Assembly (NCBI GenBank): GCA_964463165.1
Contig: CAYXBK010000015.1
Span: 13,957 to 77,956 of the forward strand
Direction of reading: 5' to 3'
Source: an uncultured Chitinophagales bacterium
GTDB taxonomy: Bacteria > Bacteroidota > Bacteroidia > Chitinophagales > BACL12
Length of the DNA stretch: 64,000 nucleotides
In this document: in pieces, positions 56,517 to 64,000 of the stretch
Layout of the letters: every line of letters begins with the position of its first letter
How positions within the stretch are numbered: the first letter of the stretch is position 1
Notes under the pieces: generated by a model
What the model saw: the letters and a program-made list of their open reading frames with translations, nothing else
What the model was told of the DNA's origin: nothing
Databases searched by the model: none
Translations under genes and position numbers: made by a program

Positions 56517-57605
56517 TCAAAAATATTTAAAGCTGGTACCTGATTTTAATTGCAATAATGTTTCATAAATTAATTTGATAACATTCTCCACGTCATCGCG
56601 GTGCGCAGATTCGACAGTTGTATGCATATAACGCAAAGGCAATGCAACAAGGCAGCTTGGTATGCCGCTTCCTGCGTATGCAAATGCATCTGTGTCTGTT
56701 CCTGTTGAACGTGATGCAACATCCCGCTGCCAGGGGATTTTATTTTTATCCGCCGTTGCCATAACCATTTTCAATAAATTATTATGAACGGCAGGGCCAC
56801 GTGTTAATGCAGGGCCGCGACCTAATTTCAAATCACCTTCAAGATTTTTGGAGATCATCGGTGTATTTGAATCATGTGTTACATCCGTAATAATTGCAAC
56901 ATCTGGTTTGATGCGATGCGCCATCATTTGTGCACCACGCAAACCCACTTCTTCCTGCACGCTGTTCACGATATATAAACCGAATGGTAATTTCTTTTTA
57001 TTTTCTTTTAATAATCTCGCCACCTGTGCGATCATAAATCCGCCGATGCGGTTATCAAGTGCACGACCAACAAATATATTCTCATTCAGCATCATGAAAT
57101 CATCATCGAATGTGAGCGGATCACCGACATGCACACCCAATTTTTCAACTTCTTTTTTTGATGTGCATCCGCAATCGATAAATAAATTTTTAATATCCGG
57201 TGTATCTTCTTTACCACTTAATCGTGTATGAATTGCCGGCCATCCGAAAACCGCTTTTACAATTCCTTTTTCGGTATGAATATTTACACGTTTGCTCGGT
57301 GCAATAATATGATCACTTCCGCCGATACGCTCTACATAAATAAATCCGTCTTCGGTTATAAAATGAACGGCCCATCCGATTTCATCGGCATGTGCTTCGA
57401 GCACAACTTTATATTCCGCTTTCGGATTAATTACCGCTGCAACGCTGCCGTAATTATCCGTGAAATATTCATCACAATATTTCTCCATGTATTTTAACCA
57501 GATCTTTTGACCGGCTGCTTCATAACCTGTGGGAGAAGGATTGTTAATGTAATTTCTTAGAAATTCAATTTCGGGATTGCCGAGGATATGTTTTTTGGTA
57601 CTCAT
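56517..57605 (-). CDS. M42-family metallopeptidase (glutamyl aminopeptidase/FrvX-like)
   Basis: 362 aa. LEAHADEIGW...GRALDNRIGG...VQEEVGLRGA...IITDVTHD...LRYMHT are the M42 metal-ligand segments. Confidence 0.85.
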   Translation of the reverse strand: MSTKKHILGNPEIEFLRNYINNPSPTGYEAAGQKIWLKYMEKYCDEYFTDNYGSVAAVINPKAEYKVVLEAHADEIGWAVHFITEDGFIYVERIGGSDHIIAPSKRVNIHTEKGIVKAVFGWPAIHTRLSGKEDTPDIKNLFIDCGCTSKKEVEKLGVHVGDPLTFDDDFMMLNENIFVGRALDNRIGGFMIAQVARLLKENKKKLPFGLYIVNSVQEEVGLRGAQMMAHRIKPDVAIITDVTHDSNTPMISKNLEGDLKLGRGPALTRGPAVHNNLLKMVMATADKNKIPWQRDVASRSTGTDTDAFAYAGSGIPSCLVALPLRYMHTTVESAHRDDVENVIKLIYETLLQLKSGTSFKYF

Positions 57606-57616
57606 CTTTTTAAAAT

Positions 57617-57783
57617 AATTGCGAATTTCGAATTTGGAATCCTGTCCGCCGACGCCAGGCCATGCGCTGCGGCAGGCGGGTGCGAATTGAAATCTGATTT
57701 GTTGAATTAGCTAATTACTAAATATATTAATTTTATCATCAATTTTAAATTCGCAATTTTGCTCAATTCAAAATTCGCAATTC
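57617..57783. repeat. Gene-less copy of the AATTGCG-type inverted-repeat family, enclosing GC-rich hairpin core (copy B)
   Basis: Left arm: AATTGCGAATTTCGAATTTGG (57617-57637). GC core: 57645-57680. Right arm: AAATTCGCAATTTTGCTCAATTCAAAATTCGCAATTC (57747-57783). The right arm shares an exact 19-mer, ATTCGCAATTTTGCTCAAT, with 27396-27414. Confidence 0.85.
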
Positions 57784-59324
57784 TATAGGGGGATGTTTCC
57801 ATGTTTTTTCTTCGGCAACACCGCCACTTTATTCTGTAACATTTCAAAAGCACGCATTACTTTGATCCTTGTATTTTCAGGCATAATCACTTCATCCACA
57901 AAACCCCTGAAAGCAGCACGGTACGGATCAGCAAATTTCTGCGTATACTCATCGATCTTCTCCTGCAATTTTGCTTCTTTATTTTCGGCTTCGTCAATTT
58001 CTTTTTTGAAAATAATTTCTGCAGCTCCCTTCGGTCCCATCACCGCAATTTCAGCAGTTGGCCATGCATAATTCATGTCGGCACCAATATGTTTGCTGTT
58101 CATCACATCGTAGGCACCACCATATGCTTTTCTCGTGATCACGGTAATTCTTGGAACGGTGGCTTCACTGAATGCAAATAATAATTTTGCGCCGTTTGTA
58201 ATAATACCTCTCCATTCCTGATCTGTTCCCGGCAAAAATCCCGGCACATCTTCAAAAACCAATAACGGAATATTAAAGCAATCGCAAAATCTTACAAACC
58301 TTGCCGCTTTTCTACTGGCTTCGATATCAAGCACGCCGGCAAGAATGGCAGGTTGATTTGCAACAATGCCGGTACTTTTTCCGCCGATCAGTGAAAATCC
58401 GACAACAATATTTTCTGCATAATATTCATGCACTTCAAAGAATGAATTTTCATCCACCACCTGATTAATTACATCACGTATATCGTAAGGTTGATTCGGA
58501 TTGTCGGGAATAATTGTATTTAATGCGGGACGAACTTCATTTGTTTCATGATAAGGATATGCCGGTGCATCTTCTTCACAATTTTGAGGAATATATTTTA
58601 AAAGCGTTTTTATTTTCTGAATACAATCCACACCATTTTTTGCAGCAAAATGTGCAACGCCGCTTTTCGATGCATGTGTCATCGCACCTCCCAATTCTTC
58701 GCTGGTCACTTCTTCATGCGTAACGGTTTTCACCACATTCGGGCCGGTCACGAACATATAAGATGTTTTTTCGACCATGAGAATGAAGTCTGTGATGGCG
58801 GGAGAATAAACGGCTCCGCCGGCGCAGGGTCCCATGATCGCACTGATCTGCGGAATCACACCGCTTGCAAGCGTATTTCTGTAAAAAAGGTCGGCATAAC
58901 CGGCAAGTGAATTCACACCTTCCTGAATGCGGGCGCCACCTGAATCATTCAAACCGATGACAGGAACACCATTTTGCATTGCAAGATCCATGATGCGGCA
59001 AATTTTTTCGGCATTTGTTTCTGAAAGCGACCCACCGAAAACCGTAAAATCCTGGGCAAAAACATAAATAGCACGTCCGTTCACTTTTCCATAACCTGTT
59101 ACAACACCATCTCCGTAAAATTTTTGTTTTTCCATCCCGAAGTCGAAACTTCTGTGCGCCACCATTTCACCGATCTCCTCGAAAGTGCCTTCATCCATCA
59201 GCAAATGAACACGCTCACGGGCGGTGAGTTTGCCCTTTGCATGCTGCGATTCGATCCTTGCCTTACCACCACCTTCGAGTGCCTTGGCTTTTAATTCTCT
59301 CAGTAATTTAATCTTGTCTTCCAC
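57783..59324 (-). CDS. Acyl-CoA carboxylase carboxyltransferase (beta) subunit (propionyl-CoA carboxylase / methylmalonyl-CoA decarboxylase type)
   Basis: 513 aa with a GTG start and the carboxyltransferase family pattern throughout ([50 protein letters not shown]). Confidence 0.9.
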   Translation of the reverse strand: MEDKIKLLRELKAKALEGGGKARIESQHAKGKLTARERVHLLMDEGTFEEIGEMVAHRSFDFGMEKQKFYGDGVVTGYGKVNGRAIYVFAQDFTVFGGSLSETNAEKICRIMDLAMQNGVPVIGLNDSGGARIQEGVNSLAGYADLFYRNTLASGVIPQISAIMGPCAGGAVYSPAITDFILMVEKTSYMFVTGPNVVKTVTHEEVTSEELGGAMTHASKSGVAHFAAKNGVDCIQKIKTLLKYIPQNCEEDAPAYPYHETNEVRPALNTIIPDNPNQPYDIRDVINQVVDENSFFEVHEYYAENIVVGFSLIGGKSTGIVANQPAILAGVLDIEASRKAARFVRFCDCFNIPLLVFEDVPGFLPGTDQEWRGIITNGAKLLFAFSEATVPRITVITRKAYGGAYDVMNSKHIGADMNYAWPTAEIAVMGPKGAAEIIFKKEIDEAENKEAKLQEKIDEYTQKFADPYRAAFRGFVDEVIMPENTRIKVMRAFEMLQNKVAVLPKKKHGNIPL

Positions 59325-59533
59325 GTTTATTGGATATATAGCTCAAATGAAAGCGGAAAAATACTAAACCTTCCACGTTTTTTCATTGACAGAAATGAAC
59401 CTTGTGAGAAAACCTCAGTTATAGATTTTGAACCTGGATATGTTATATTCCGTTAATTTCCTATTCTGATTTAAACCGGGCGTCGATCGCGAAATCATAT
59501 TTAGGTATTTTTGTAAACGCTAAGCCACAGTTA

Positions 59534-61963
59534 ATGAAAAAATTATTTATCCTCCCCGTGAATTTATTTTTTGTGATTGCTACTTACGCCCAGACAAAAG
59601 TGGGTGGTATTGTGATGGATGGATCCACAAAAACACCAATTGAATTTGCTGCAGTTACGATATTAAAACCCGGCGACTCACTGATCATTACCGGTGCAAT
59701 TACCGACAATGAAGGAAAATTTCTGCTCACAGATATTAATCCCGGTACATATACGCTTCGTGTAAATTTTCTTGGCTATGATGATGCCGAAAAAAATATT
59801 GAGGTTGCTGCAGGTGCACCTTTTGTCGGGACCGGCCCCATAATGATGCAGCAGGGCACTTCGAATTTAGATGCGGTGAATATCACGGCGGATAAATCAT
59901 ATTTTCAAAACAGCATTGATAAAAAAGTGTATAATATCGAAAAGGATATTGTTGCATCAGGTGGCAATGCATCCGATGCACTGCAAACAATTCCGTCTGT
60001 TTCAATTGACATTGACGGAAATATCAGTTTAAGAGGCAGCCAGGGCGTTGTGATTTTTATTGATGGAAAACCTTCCGGCATTGTGGGTTCAAATATGAAT
60101 GCCATCCTTGAACAGATCCCTGCAGCAAATATTGAAAGTATCGAAGTGGTAACAAATCCATCTGCACGTTATGATGCCGAAGGCAGTTCGGGTATTATCA
60201 ATATTGTGATGAAGAAAAATAAAAAAGTAGGATTGAATGGAAATATAATGGCTGGTGTAACCACATCTCCGAAATATGAAACAGGCCTTTCTCTAAATTA
60301 CAGGAATAATAAAATCAATATTTATACAAATTACAGTTTATCACATGATGAACGAAGCGGATACGGTGAAAATTTCCGCAAGACATTTGAAGAAGATACA
60401 ACGTATTATTTTTCTTCGCTGAGCGACAACCTGAATACGGGCCTGACGAATATGCTGCGTGGCGGAATTGATTTTTATCTGAATGAAAAAAATACGATCG
60501 GGTTTACGGGTTCTTTTATGAAAAACAATTCAGACCGGAATGATGATGTGCACTATGCATTTCTGAATGAAGATTCAGTGCTCACTTCAACGAGCGACCG
60601 TTTAACCGCAAGTGAAACCGACGGAATGAATTATACCGCAGGAATAAATTACCGTAAAATATTTTCTTCCCCAAAACATGTATTAACTGCCGACGGGTAT
60701 TATTCATACGGAAATATGGATGATATCAGTAATTATGATGAACGGTTTTTTGATCCTTTACTTGTGCCGGTCGGATTGCCGTTGCTGCAAACAATTTCAA
60801 AACCGGGCACGAATAAAGATGCAAGTGCACAGATGGATTATGTGCAGCCTTTTAAAAATGGAAATCAATTTGAAACCGGTTTGAAATATTCGAAAGAAAT
60901 AAAAGACAATACCATTTATTCTGAAACATTCAGTGAAATTGAAAATGATTGGTTTCCCGACGATTCGATAAACAATCAGTTTATTTATGATGAAGATATT
61001 TTTGCCGCTTACGTGATCTGGAATTCAAGTATTGATAAATTCGGATATCAGATTGGATTGCGTGCCGAACAAACCTATACAAATTCAAATCTTGTCACCA
61101 CCGACGAATATTACGAACATAATTATTTCGGACTCTTTCCAAGTGCGCATGTTGCTTATAAATTCAATGAAGAAACCGAATTATCATTAAGCTACAGCCG
61201 TCGAATCGACCGTCCGAATTCATGGTTTTTAAATCCATTCCCTGATTATGGCGACCCTTACAGCCTGCGCATGGGTAATCCATTTCTTGAACCGGAATAT
61301 GAAAATTCATACGATCTTGAATTTGCAAAATCATTTAAAAAACATTCGTACAGCGGATCCATTTATTATCACCAGACACTCAATGAAATTTCTCCTTATA
61401 CCATTATCGATTCAAACGGAATTTCGCTCATGACTTTCCAGAATTATAATAATGAAGAGAAATACGGAGTGGAGGTCATTTCAAAAAATGAATTTTATAA
61501 ATGGTGGAATATGACCAGCACGTTTAATTTCAATCAGACTCTGGTAGATGCACAAAATCTGGAAACAGGATTGACAAATTCAACATTTAATTATACGATC
61601 CGTGTAATGTCGTTTTTCCAGGTATTGAAACAAACTGCGTTACAACTCACATTTAATTATTCGACACCATGGACATTTGCGCAAGGTGAATCCGAACCGG
61701 TGTATTTTCTGGATGCGGGTATCAAATCCGATTTTTTTCAAAACAGATTAAGTGTGAATCTCACTTTCAGCGATATTTTCGATACGAGAATATGGCAGGG
61801 TTATTCAGATGGTATTAATTTCCATTCCGATTATTCCCGCAAACGTGAATCGCAAATAGCAGGATTAAAGCTCACGTATAAATTCGGCCAGCAGGATGCT
61901 TTCAGAAAAAAAGGCGGAAGAATGGACGAGAATTATGATGGCGGCGGGTTTGATATGTTTTGA
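59534..61963 (+). CDS. TonB-dependent-receptor-like outer membrane protein
   Basis: 809 aa: signal peptide, CarboxypepD_reg-like N-domain (VGGIVMDGSTKTPIEFAAVTI), plug (DALQTIPSVSIDIDGNISLRGS), a long barrel, and a C-terminal ...GGGFDMF. Confidence 0.85.
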   Translation: MKKLFILPVNLFFVIATYAQTKVGGIVMDGSTKTPIEFAAVTILKPGDSLIITGAITDNEGKFLLTDINPGTYTLRVNFLGYDDAEKNIEVAAGAPFVGTGPIMMQQGTSNLDAVNITADKSYFQNSIDKKVYNIEKDIVASGGNASDALQTIPSVSIDIDGNISLRGSQGVVIFIDGKPSGIVGSNMNAILEQIPAANIESIEVVTNPSARYDAEGSSGIINIVMKKNKKVGLNGNIMAGVTTSPKYETGLSLNYRNNKINIYTNYSLSHDERSGYGENFRKTFEEDTTYYFSSLSDNLNTGLTNMLRGGIDFYLNEKNTIGFTGSFMKNNSDRNDDVHYAFLNEDSVLTSTSDRLTASETDGMNYTAGINYRKIFSSPKHVLTADGYYSYGNMDDISNYDERFFDPLLVPVGLPLLQTISKPGTNKDASAQMDYVQPFKNGNQFETGLKYSKEIKDNTIYSETFSEIENDWFPDDSINNQFIYDEDIFAAYVIWNSSIDKFGYQIGLRAEQTYTNSNLVTTDEYYEHNYFGLFPSAHVAYKFNEETELSLSYSRRIDRPNSWFLNPFPDYGDPYSLRMGNPFLEPEYENSYDLEFAKSFKKHSYSGSIYYHQTLNEISPYTIIDSNGISLMTFQNYNNEEKYGVEVISKNEFYKWWNMTSTFNFNQTLVDAQNLETGLTNSTFNYTIRVMSFFQVLKQTALQLTFNYSTPWTFAQGESEPVYFLDAGIKSDFFQNRLSVNLTFSDIFDTRIWQGYSDGINFHSDYSRKRESQIAGLKLTYKFGQQDAFRKKGGRMDENYDGGGFDMF

Positions 61964-61969
61964 GATATA

Positions 61970-62097
61970 GGCCACTGGCTACTGGCCGCTGGCTGCTGGC
62001 TTGTAAATAGTAACTAGTAACTAGTATCTAGTGGCTAGTGGCTAGCAGCCAGTAGCCAGTAGCCAGCAGCTAGCGGCTAGTGGCCAGCAGCCAGCAG
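61970..62097. repeat. 18-unit phase-perfect heptanucleotide array forming a long imperfect palindrome
   Basis: GGCCACT GGCTACT GGCCGCT GGCTGCT GGCTTGT AAATAGT AACTAGT AACTAGT ATCTAGT GGCTAGT GGCTAGC AGCCAGT AGCCAGT AGCCAGC AGCTAGC GGCTAGT GGCCAGC AGCCAGC. The left third is complementary to the right third. It lies between convergent genes and includes the last 6 codons and the stop of hemH. Confidence 0.9.
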
Positions 62098-63096
62098 ATC
62101 CACCAAACAATCCACAAACAACTCACTATCATTCAAACTCTCCACCAACGTAATTTTCTCACCGCCTTTGGATTTGAAAATTTCATTGTACTCCTCACCT
62201 ATTTCATATAAAGTTTCGAGACAATCGGCTACAAATGCCGGACTGAAAGCAAGTATTTTTTTTACACCTTTTTTTGCAAGTTCATCTATCACGAAATCAG
62301 AATAGGGTTTAATCCAGGGTGTTTTCCCGAGCCGCGATTGAAAACAAACAGTATATTTTTCTGCAGGAATATTTAATTGGGTCGCAATTAATCTTGCAGT
62401 ATCAAAACATTGTGCACGATAGCAAAGCTGATTTTTTTCGTGCAGCATATCGCAGCATGATTCGGTCAAACAATTATTTTGGGGAATGGATTTTGAAATT
62501 TGCCGTTCCGGCAATCCGTGGAAACTGAATAAAATATGGTCGTAATTTTCCGGCTGATGTTTTTTCCCGATTTCAGCGAATGCATTAATAAATAACGGAT
62601 GATTATGAAAACTTCCGGTAAAATGTATTTCGGGAATTGCAAGCCAGTTTTTTGTAATCTCCATTACTTTGTCGATCACCGAACCGTTGCTTGCGGATGC
62701 ATATTGCGGGAAAAGCGGAACAATAATAAATCTGCCGCAATTCTGATTGCGCAATGTATTTAATCCTTTTTCTATCGAAGGACTTTGATAGCGCATTGCA
62801 AGTTCAACGAGATAATCTCCGCCTAATTTATTTTGCAATTTTGCTTTTAACAGTTCGCTGTAAACCAGCAGGGGCGACCCTTTGTCTGTCCATATTTTTT
62901 TATACAAAGCGGCAGATTTTGGCGCACGGAAAGGTGCAATGATCCCACGCACCAATAAATTTCGTTGGAATGCGGGAATATCAATCACCCTTTTATCCAT
63001 TAAAAATTCGACGAGGTATTTTCTTACATCCGCAACTGCCGGAGAATCCGGAGTGCCCAGGTTGACCAGCAGTATACCTGTTTTAGATCGGTTCAT
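62077..63096 (-). CDS. hemH: Ferrochelatase
   Basis: 339 aa. GILLVNLGTPDSP...VRKYLVEFLMDKRVI...LFPQYASASNGS...FSFHGLP is the ferrochelatase pattern. Confidence 0.9.
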   Translation of the reverse strand: MNRSKTGILLVNLGTPDSPAVADVRKYLVEFLMDKRVIDIPAFQRNLLVRGIIAPFRAPKSAALYKKIWTDKGSPLLVYSELLKAKLQNKLGGDYLVELAMRYQSPSIEKGLNTLRNQNCGRFIIVPLFPQYASASNGSVIDKVMEITKNWLAIPEIHFTGSFHNHPLFINAFAEIGKKHQPENYDHILFSFHGLPERQISKSIPQNNCLTESCCDMLHEKNQLCYRAQCFDTARLIATQLNIPAEKYTVCFQSRLGKTPWIKPYSDFVIDELAKKGVKKILAFSPAFVADCLETLYEIGEEYNEIFKSKGGEKITLVESLNDSELFVDCLVDLLAAGH

Positions 63097-63459
63097 TGTG
63101 GCGGCAAAGTTACAGCGTGGGTGGAATTTTTAATTCATGCTGCAGAATTAAATGCATATATAATTGTATTGAGGAAAATGAAGGCAAGGGAGAAAAAAAT
63201 GTTTTTTGATGTACTTCTCACCCCCCTTCACCCCCCTCCAGGGTGGAGGCATCCGGTTCTTTTATAAAAATTCACAATGAAAAATGTAATTCTTTCTTTA
63301 AGGTTTGCTGCGTATGCGGGAGAGCTGCATTTTCAAGAAGTAAAATTCCATTGTATAATGAAAGTCAAATTCTCCGCCGCAAGGCGGACGCAGGGTGATG
63401 GTTCAAAGATATCATTCCATGCATCCGAAATTACCTGATATGTTTTATCGGGTTAAATG

Positions 63460-64000
63460 CTATTGTTTAACAAATTTCTCCACAACCACATCAGAACCGG
63501 AAATTAATTGGATAAAATAAATTCCTGCAGGGAGATTGTGAATATTGAAATTATACATAGTTGTTGAGGAGATATTTCCTTTATAAAAATTGGTGATATA
63601 TTTTCCATCGATTGACAATAAATTTAAACTGATATTATTTTTTTCAGTTGAATTAATTGTGATTTGTAAATAATCATGTGCCGGGTTCGGATAAATTGAA
63701 AGCCCTTTTAAATGATCATTTTCTTCAATTTCCAAACCACAGGGTTCAAGCGTATATCTGCCCGGTGATCCGCCCGGACAAATGGATATCCAGTTATATC
63801 CGCTGTTCATCAGCCCGAGCGAATCAATTATTTCCGCCGCATAACCGCCGCCATCCGCTTCGAAAGGCCATGGTGTTTCGTCTGAATAATTTACAGATAA
63901 TGCAAGTTTTCCTGTTTGATCATACATACGGATCCATTCACCGCCATTTCCAAGATCAAAAACAAATGATGAATCAAAATTACTGATCCATGGATAGGCA
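63460..64000 (-). CDS. T9SS-secreted protein, 3' part only (lamin-tail-like domain + sorting domain); continues beyond window end
   Basis: The reading frame stays open upstream of the first Met to position 64000 (..FVFDLGNGGEWIRMYDQTG..). LSVNYSDETPWPFEADGGGYAAEIID resembles a lamin-tail (LTD) domain. The T9SS CTD is LSIYPNPAHDYLQITI...GIYFIQLIS...FVKQ. Confidence 0.75.
   Translation of the reverse strand, partial: AYPWISNFDSSFVFDLGNGGEWIRMYDQTGKLALSVNYSDETPWPFEADGGGYAAEIIDSLGLMNSGYNWISICPGGSPGRYTLEPCGLEIEENDHLKGLSIYPNPAHDYLQITINSTEKNNISLNLLSIDGKYITNFYKGNISSTTMYNFNIHNLPAGIYFIQLISGSDVVVEKFVKQ

Noticed and set aside
56045-56543. ORFs 56045..56254 (-), 56261..56494 (+) and 56319..56543 (+).
   Set aside because: They run across the GC-rich hairpin element and adjacent spacer. 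Arg/Pro/Gly-rich translations are typical of spurious ORFs over structured repeats.
1-64000. A search by eye for tRNA, rRNA, tmRNA, riboswitches, transposases, integrases, restriction-modification, toxin-antitoxin or other known defence genes.
   Set aside because: Nothing recognisable was found in any intergenic region or ORF translation. The absence of recombinases means the duplicated segment at 34-38 kb and the AT-rich block at 30.7-33.1 kb cannot be called canonical mobile elements from this window alone.

Overview
A 64-kb chromosomal segment that looks like a Bacteroidota genome. Supporting signs are seven secreted proteins with type IX secretion (T9SS) C-terminal sorting domains, TAnnTTTG-type promoter boxes, no Shine-Dalgarno dependence, and roughly 40% GC with a much more AT-rich block at 30.7-33.1 kb. 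All homology calls were made by eye from the supplied translations; no searches were run. Recognisable housekeeping genes are pckA, ligD, dprA, rsmE, rsmG, gatB, hemH, an acyl-CoA carboxyltransferase, an M42 peptidase and a TlpA-like thioredoxin. They are interleaved with very large surface proteins and an accessory stretch at 30-44 kb that holds small lipoproteins, Crp/NmrA/NTF2 genes, a class D beta-lactamase, VOC proteins and a GlxA regulator. I found no rRNA, tRNA, CRISPR array, transposase, integrase or known defence genes. The most unusual content is non-coding. (1) A four-helix-bundle (Avd / 23S-IVS family) gene lies inside a nested two-tier inverted repeat between convergent genes, and a gene-less copy of the same repeat family sits 30 kb away. 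(2) Phase-perfect heptanucleotide tandem arrays lie directly after stop codons; one 18-unit array overlaps the hemH C-terminus. (3) A GC-rich two-tier hairpin element occurs twice. Coding-level observations are a tandem pair of FG-GAP + Calx-beta-like + T9SS giants, an M1 peptidase apparently fused to an Omp85-like barrel, ligD next to apparent ku and Mn-catalase relics, and a 318-bp near-identical duplication bracketing a 3.3-kb cassette.
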